Of a stretch of 61,502 nucleotides of DNA, positions 56,447-61,502 are shown one piece after another. Position 1 is the stretch's first letter; the number at the start of each line of letters is the position of its first letter. Under the pieces are notes generated by a model that saw only the letters and a program-made list of their open reading frames with translations, made no database searches and had not been told where the DNA came from. The position numbers were made by a program, and so were the translations under genes. The DNA comes from Nevskiales bacterium (GTDB taxonomy: Bacteria; Pseudomonadota; Gammaproteobacteria; Nevskiales; DATLYR01): positions 1 through 61,502 of the forward strand of contig DATLYR010000164.1 in NCBI GenBank assembly GCA_035574475.1, in the 5' to 3' direction.

Positions 56447-59400
56447 TCACTTCTCCACCACCCGCGCCGCCAGGATCGGCCCCAGCACGGCCTGCGCCTC
56501 GGCGGCGAAGTCGTCGGGGGAGTCCAGGGGATCGCGGTCGCGCCACAGCACCTGGTGGTAGGGATCGTCACGCTCGCCGGCGGCGAACTCCGAGCCCTCC
56601 CAGATCCGGCGCGCCGCCTCCAGGCCGTCCTGGCCCTTGGCCTCAGCCGCCACATAGGCCAGGGCGGAACGCGGCAGGAAGCGGCTGGGCCGGCAGGAAT
56701 GCGCCCAGTAACGCTCCAGCAGCGCCCGCAGATGGCCCGCGCTGTCGGCCACCGGCCCCAGGGTCAAGTGGCCGTCCTCGGTCAGCCACTGGCTTTGCGG
56801 CGCCACGCCCGCAGGCGCCAGGTGCAGCAGCAGCAGATGGCGCAGCCACAGGTTGAGGTAATCCCGTACTCCCAGGCTGCCCAGGCGGTAGCCAATCAGA
56901 CCGTGCTCGCCGAGGCCGCGCAGCTGGCCGCGCAGGCGCAACTTGCCCGCGGCGGTGGCGAATTCCAGCTCGAACGGCAGCGGCTCCCGCTCCTGCTGCG
57001 GCGGCGCCAGACGTGCCAGGCGGCGGGCGAACTCGGCGGCTGCGGCGCGCTCGTGGCGATACTGGGTCGCCCCCACCTCGCCGTGGGGCAGTCCGCCGTA
57101 GGCGCGCAGCAGCTCCAGGCTGGGCCGCTCGCCCTGGCGCTGCAGCTCCAGCACGGTGCGGCGCAGAGCGCGGCTGGCCGGCTCATCCAGCACGAAGGGC
57201 TCGCGCGTCTCGATCAGGCCGGCGCTGCGCTCCAGGCGTATCCCCAGGCGCCGGCGCAGCAGATGGCGGGCCGGATGCCCGAGGGCCTCGAGCAGCATCT
57301 CCAGCTCGATGTCGCGCCAGTGCTGTTCGGGCTCGGGCAAGGGCGCGGCCAGAAACGGCGCGGGGACTAGCCCGCCGCCTCCGGCCAGGCGGGCGGCGCG
57401 GCATAGCTCCTCGGAATAGCTCACCAGCCCCGGCTCGCCGCGGAAATAGCGGCGGCTGAAGGCCTGCAGCGGGTGACGCACCAGAATCTGCTGCACCGGA
57501 TCGCCGGCGGGATCAGCAGCCGGATGGAAGCCTTGGCGCAGGTAGTCCAGCAGTTCGCTGACCAGCACCGAGGGCGGGATTTCGCCGTTGTCGCGCAGAC
57601 TCGCCCCGACGTAGCTCAGGTACAGCACCTCGCGGGCCGAGAGCAGCGCCTCGAGGAACAGGTAGCGGTCGTCGTCGCGGCGCGAGCGGTCGCCGGGGCG
57701 CGGGTGATGGGCCATGAGGTCGAAGCCGAGGCGCGCCGGCTGGCGCGGATAGACGCCGTCGTTGAGGCCGATCAGGCAGACCACGCGAAACGGCAGGCTG
57801 CGCATCGGCACCATGGCGCAGAAGGTGACGCCACCGGCGAGGAAGCGCCCGCCGCGGCCCGGCACCGCGTTCAGGCGCCGGCCCAGGGCGGCGCGCAGCA
57901 GGGGCAGGCCGAGCGGCCGATCGAAGCCGGCGAGCTGCCAGTCCTGGCCCAGGGCCTCGATGGCTTCGTGCAGGGCGACGGCGGCCGTCTCGTCCTCTTC
58001 CTCGGGGGCGAAGAAGGCATCCGGCAGGCCGCGCAGCAGCTCCAGCCATTCGCCCGGCGGGCGCGGCGCCGCCAGCCGCCGCTCCAGCGCCGCCAGGGCC
58101 TCCAGCAGCGCCTGCAGCCGGCCCATGAGCTGGGCCTCGCTGCCTTCTATACCGTCGTAGGCCAGGATGCCGCCGAACAGCCGCCGCCCCTCGGCGGGCA
58201 GGGCGTAGCCCAGCAGCAGCCGATCCAGGCCGGCGCGCCAGCTATGCTCACCGGTCGCCGGCAGGCCCAGGGCGGCGCGGCTGTCGGCGTCTAGCCCCCA
58301 GCGGATGCCGGTGTCGCGCACCCACTGGTGCAGCCGCGGCAATTCCTCCTCGGCGATGCCGAAGCGGCGTCGCAGCGCCGGCAGTTCCAGCAGCCCCAGC
58401 ACGCGGTTGGCGTCATAGCGTCCGCCGGGCAGTTCCAGCAAGGTGAAGAAGGCATCGATCAGCGGGCTCTCGCTGCGCGGGCCGCGATCGGCCATGCTGT
58501 AGGGAATGCGCCGGCGGCCCTCGGCGGTGGCGAACACGGCCTCGATGTAGGGGGCGTAGGCGTCGATGTCCGGCGTCATCACCACTACGTCCGCCGGGGT
58601 CAGCTCGGGACGGGTGTGGAACAGATGCAGCAACTGCTCGTGCAGGACCTCCACCTCGCGCATCGGACCATGGCAGGCGTGCACCTGCAGCGAGTCGTCG
58701 TGCGCGGCGATGGGGCTACGCCTGCCCTCCTCGCCGCGGCTGCGCAGCTCGAGGATATCGCCCTGCAGGCAGGCCAACAGGCGATCCTCGCCGGGCGCGA
58801 CGAAGGCCTCCAGCTCCTGCGGCGGCGCGATGTCGCGGTACAGCAGGCGCAGGAAATCCTGCCCCTGTTTGCCCCAGGAGGCCAGCAGCGGGTTGCCCAC
58901 CTCCAGGTACAGGGTGTCGGCGTCCACTTCGCCCTTGCGGCGGGTGGCGCGGGCGATATCGCGGGCAGCGCGGATCTCGTTCCAGTATTCGCGGCAGGGG
59001 TTGAGGAAAAAGAGCTGCACCTCCACCCCGGCCTCGGCCAGTTGCTGCAGCAGCGCCAGGTAGGGCGGCGGCAGAGCGTTGAGGCCGATGACGTAGAGCG
59101 GCCCGCGCAGCGCCGGCGGCAGTCCGCCCTCCTCGAGCCGTGCGGCGCAGCGTACCGCCAGCTCGGCGCGGTGTGGCGAGGGCTCGCGCGCCCGCAGCCG
59201 CCGCCACAGCGCCGACTGCCAGGGCTGCGCTGCCTCATCCCCGGCTTCCCAGGCGGCGATCCAGTCCGGACGGTAGACCAGGTACTGATCGAAGACGTCG
59301 GCGATGCGCGCCGCCAGGTCGTAGGCGCGGCGCTGGTCGTCGCCGCCGTCGGCGAGGTAATGGCGCAGCGGCTCGTAGAGGGCCTCGTCCGGCAGCGTCT

Positions 59401-59698
59401 GCAGCTCCTCCAGCACCCGCCAGCGCAACGGCTCCGGGTCCCAGGGCGAGACCTCCGGCAGCTCCTGTCCCAGCACCGCTCGGTAGGTCTGCCAGGCGAA
59501 GGCCGCCGGCATGGGGAAGCGCACATTGGCGCAGATGCCGCGCTGGGCGGCGATGCGCAGGCTGAGCCAGCGCGCCATGCCGGTGCTCTGTACCAGCACG
59601 GTGAGCGGCGCGAAGGGGTCGGCGTCCGAAGCGGCAAGGCGCTCGATCAGCCGGTCGGCGAGGACTTCCAGGCGGTTGCTGTGATGCAGGGTGAGCAT
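56447..59698 (-). CDS. recC: exodeoxyribonuclease V gamma subunit RecC
   Basis: 1083 aa. MLTLHHSNRLEVLADRL...DPFAPLTVLVQSTGMARWLSLRIA matches the canonical RecC N-terminus. Confidence 0.9.
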   Translation of the reverse strand: MLTLHHSNRLEVLADRLIERLAASDADPFAPLTVLVQSTGMARWLSLRIAAQRGICANVRFPMPAAFAWQTYRAVLGQELPEVSPWDPEPLRWRVLEELQTLPDEALYEPLRHYLADGGDDQRRAYDLAARIADVFDQYLVYRPDWIAAWEAGDEAAQPWQSALWRRLRAREPSPHRAELAVRCAARLEEGGLPPALRGPLYVIGLNALPPPYLALLQQLAEAGVEVQLFFLNPCREYWNEIRAARDIARATRRKGEVDADTLYLEVGNPLLASWGKQGQDFLRLLYRDIAPPQELEAFVAPGEDRLLACLQGDILELRSRGEEGRRSPIAAHDDSLQVHACHGPMREVEVLHEQLLHLFHTRPELTPADVVVMTPDIDAYAPYIEAVFATAEGRRRIPYSMADRGPRSESPLIDAFFTLLELPGGRYDANRVLGLLELPALRRRFGIAEEELPRLHQWVRDTGIRWGLDADSRAALGLPATGEHSWRAGLDRLLLGYALPAEGRRLFGGILAYDGIEGSEAQLMGRLQALLEALAALERRLAAPRPPGEWLELLRGLPDAFFAPEEEDETAAVALHEAIEALGQDWQLAGFDRPLGLPLLRAALGRRLNAVPGRGGRFLAGGVTFCAMVPMRSLPFRVVCLIGLNDGVYPRQPARLGFDLMAHHPRPGDRSRRDDDRYLFLEALLSAREVLYLSYVGASLRDNGEIPPSVLVSELLDYLRQGFHPAADPAGDPVQQILVRHPLQAFSRRYFRGEPGLVSYSEELCRAARLAGGGGLVPAPFLAAPLPEPEQHWRDIELEMLLEALGHPARHLLRRRLGIRLERSAGLIETREPFVLDEPASRALRRTVLELQRQGERPSLELLRAYGGLPHGEVGATQYRHERAAAAEFARRLARLAPPQQEREPLPFELEFATAAGKLRLRGQLRGLGEHGLIGYRLGSLGVRDYLNLWLRHLLLLHLAPAGVAPQSQWLTEDGHLTLGPVADSAGHLRALLERYWAHSCRPSRFLPRSALAYVAAEAKGQDGLEAARRIWEGSEFAAGERDDPYHQVLWRDRDPLDSPDDFAAEAQAVLGPILAARVVEK

Positions 59699-59782
59699 GA
59701 CGTGTCAGAGCTGCCCATCGTCCGGGACCCGACGGGTAGTTTTATCACGAGCCCGCCGCCTGCACGAACTTCTCCGGCCGCA

Positions 59783-59910
59783 GCCGACGAAGATCGCCTG
59801 CCGCCGGGCATGGCGCCAGGTGCCGTTGCGCTCGCCGTAGCCCATCGCCTCGAGCAGCGCCTTGAGCGCCTTGGCCTGCCCGTGATGTCACCGATGATGT
59901 CGTAGGCCAT
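59783..59910 (-). pseudogene. second metallophosphoesterase (ApaH/PrpE-like), N-terminal remnant with a 1-nt frameshift in the GDIHG motif
   Basis: MAYDIIGDI, frameshift, then GQAKALKALLEAMGYGERNGTWRHARRQAIFVG. The expected DLIDRGP motif does not follow. Confidence 0.55.
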
Positions 59911-60019
59911 GTCCTTACCCCGGACCAGAGGCGTTCGAAGAGCTCTCCGCGGATCCCAATCAGTGGCGACTGCTTGCCGGCGAGACCGAGGAAGAAGCCG
60001 GCCGCAGTCACCGATCGTA

Positions 60020-60793
60020 TCAGTCCCCGCTCAGCAGGTCCGAGCGGATCGCCGCATCCAGCCGCCGCATGAAGCATTCCGCGCTGTGCATATGCTCGGC
60101 CATGATGCGGCGCACGGCGTCCCGGTCAGCGGTGCGGAAGGCGGCCAGCAGCGCGCGATGGCTGTCGATGTTGTGCTGACCGAAGGCTCCGTGCTCGGCG
60201 TAGCGGTCGCTGCGGAACTCGACCAGGTCGCGCAGCAGGCCGTTGAGAAAGCGGCAGATGAAGGCGAGCAGGGGGTTGTCGCAGGCCTCGCAGAGGATGT
60301 CGTGGAACTCGAGTTCGCTCTGGCGGCCGAGCGAATGGTCGCCGCGCTCGCGGGCGCGGTCGCAGGTCTCGATATTGGCCTCGAGCCGCGCCAGTTGCTC
60401 GTCGCTGAGACGGCCGACTACGCTTTCGGCCAGGGTCACTTCCAAGCTGTGGCGCAGCGCATAGACCTGTTCGAAGTCGAGCGCATGGAAGTGCAGATAG
60501 CTGCGCAACTGTTGCGTCACCGCCTCCAATGACACCGGCTGGATCTCGGCGCCACCGTTGGGGCCGGTCTGCATCTTCACCAGACCCTGCACCTCGAGCA
60601 CCTTCAGCGCTTCGCGGATGGTGCCCTTGGCGCAGCCGTAGTGCTCCATCAGTGTCTTCTCGTTGGGCAGCCGGGCGCCCGGGCGCAGGCGCTCGCGCGC
60701 GATCCAGCGGCGCAGGTCCTCGGCGATCAGGTCCGAGAGCTTGCGCCGCTGCAGCCGCTCACGGCCCGGCAGCGGGCTCGGTCTGGCGCTCAT
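60020..60793 (-). CDS. GntR-family (FadR/FCD subfamily) transcriptional regulator
   Basis: LPNEKTLMEHYGCAKGTIREALKVLEVQGLV HTH plus a helical FCD-like C-terminal domain. Confidence 0.85.
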   Translation of the reverse strand: MSARPSPLPGRERLQRRKLSDLIAEDLRRWIARERLRPGARLPNEKTLMEHYGCAKGTIREALKVLEVQGLVKMQTGPNGGAEIQPVSLEAVTQQLRSYLHFHALDFEQVYALRHSLEVTLAESVVGRLSDEQLARLEANIETCDRARERGDHSLGRQSELEFHDILCEACDNPLLAFICRFLNGLLRDLVEFRSDRYAEHGAFGQHNIDSHRALLAAFRTADRDAVRRIMAEHMHSAECFMRRLDAAIRSDLLSGD

Positions 60794-61502
60794 GGCAGAC
60801 GTACCTCCGATATCCAGGCGACGTCGGGATCAAGAGGATAGATCGGACGGGCGAGCTTCTCAAAGCGGAACAGGCCATAGTCGGAGCTGGTCACGCCTAG
60901 GCTCGCGCACTCGACCACGGCCCTGGCGATCGGCTCGAACACCGGCCGGCAATACATGCGCGACTTGAGGATCAGGTAGCGGCAGGCGCGCGGATCGATG
61001 CCGACGCTGGTGAACACGCCAAGATCCCAGGGCTCGTGTGGACGCTCGCTGACAAGCACCCGCGCAGTGCCGGCATCGAGCAGCGCGGCACGGCCCATGG
61101 AGCAGCGCATGCCGGTATAGGTGGGGCCGCTGATCACGTATTCACCATCGGTCAGCGCGCGCACGGTGCCGGTGAGCATGAGCGGCGGTTTGGCGACGCC
61201 GATGCGCGGCATCGGCACGCGGTTGCCGACGCCGAGCGTGAGGCGCGCGCCGACGCCGGCGGCGACCAGCTCGGCGACTGCCGGCGGATCGCAGATCGGC
61301 CCGGCGACGATGCCGTCCAGCCCCTGCCGCAGCGCCTCGGCCAGCACGTCCATGGTGTCGCAGGTACCGCCGGACATGCAGTTGTCGCCGTGGTCGAGCA
61401 GCAGCACCGGTCCCTCACCCGCGCCTTGGCCTGCTACCCGCGCGGCGGCGACCGACTCGGCGAGCGGCGCCTCGTGGTAGACGAACTCGGCGCGGCGCGC
61501 CC
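60790..61502 (-). CDS. M81-family (MlrC-like) protein, C-terminal part (gene runs off the right edge)
   Basis: The frame is open to the window edge (..ARRAEFVYHEAPLAESVAAARVAG..LLLDHGDNCMSGG...). Its stop overlaps the gntR-like start. Confidence 0.6.
   Translation of the reverse strand, partial: ARRAEFVYHEAPLAESVAAARVAGQGAGEGPVLLLDHGDNCMSGGTCDTMDVLAEALRQGLDGIVAGPICDPPAVAELVAAGVGARLTLGVGNRVPMPRIGVAKPPLMLTGTVRALTDGEYVISGPTYTGMRCSMGRAALLDAGTARVLVSERPHEPWDLGVFTSVGIDPRACRYLILKSRMYCRPVFEPIARAVVECASLGVTSSDYGLFRFEKLARPIYPLDPDVAWISEVRLP

Overview
A 61.5-kb, high-GC, mosaic accessory region, probably from a beta- or gamma-proteobacterium (inference from GC content, REP types and gene content only). 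From left to right I can support the following.

1. The 3' end of a mer operon: merA'-merD-merE, an EAL 'urf2'-like gene and a DUF3330 gene.
2. A convergent operon driven by a MerR-type promoter. It encodes a thioredoxin-fold protein, a MerR regulator, a CcdA/DsbD-like stub, a MerT-like protein, an HMA protein and an outer-membrane barrel, but no reductase.
3. A PiT transporter and arsM, joined to an arsenosugar-type cluster: DUF3047', TIGR04282 and TIGR04283 glycosyltransferases, a TVP38-flavoprotein disulfide reductase fusion, and arsS.
4. An AhpD-like gene and a bufferin-type RiPP operon: a DUF2282 precursor, a DUF692/MNIO enzyme, DUF2063 and DoxX, plus an extra YiiX-like gene.
5. An ECF sigma factor with a short zf-HC2 anti-sigma factor.
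6. A TetR-controlled operon of small detoxification-type genes.
7. A junkyard of IS110, MarR, ParB-methylase and ISL3 fragments that truncates hbd.
8. A ketone/secondary-alcohol catabolic island. It holds thiolase, acetoacetyl-CoA synthetase, a MalT/LuxR-type regulator, a Zn-dependent alcohol dehydrogenase, a MerC-like protein and a four-gene ATP-dependent carboxylase with two HyuA-like paralogues.
9. Core-like mocR-paiB-lysE genes, followed by a rearranged pseudogene patch.
10. alkB, a GDCCVxC gene, three sHsp genes divergent from cbpA-cbpM-ftsH and a small periplasmic protein.
11. recC, a Ser/Thr-phosphatase-like gene and recB, with no adjacent recD; then a GntR regulator and a partial MlrC-like gene.

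The most interesting signal read directly from the DNA is one ECF-type promoter motif, TGTAA-N17/18-CGACCAA. It occurs five times between 11.86 and 17.52 kb. These copies would place the arsS cluster, the AhpD-like gene, the bufferin operon, a membrane protein and the sigma/anti-sigma unit in one putative stress regulon.

I saw no rRNA, tRNA or CRISPR. All family assignments come from motif recognition by eye. No database searches were run.
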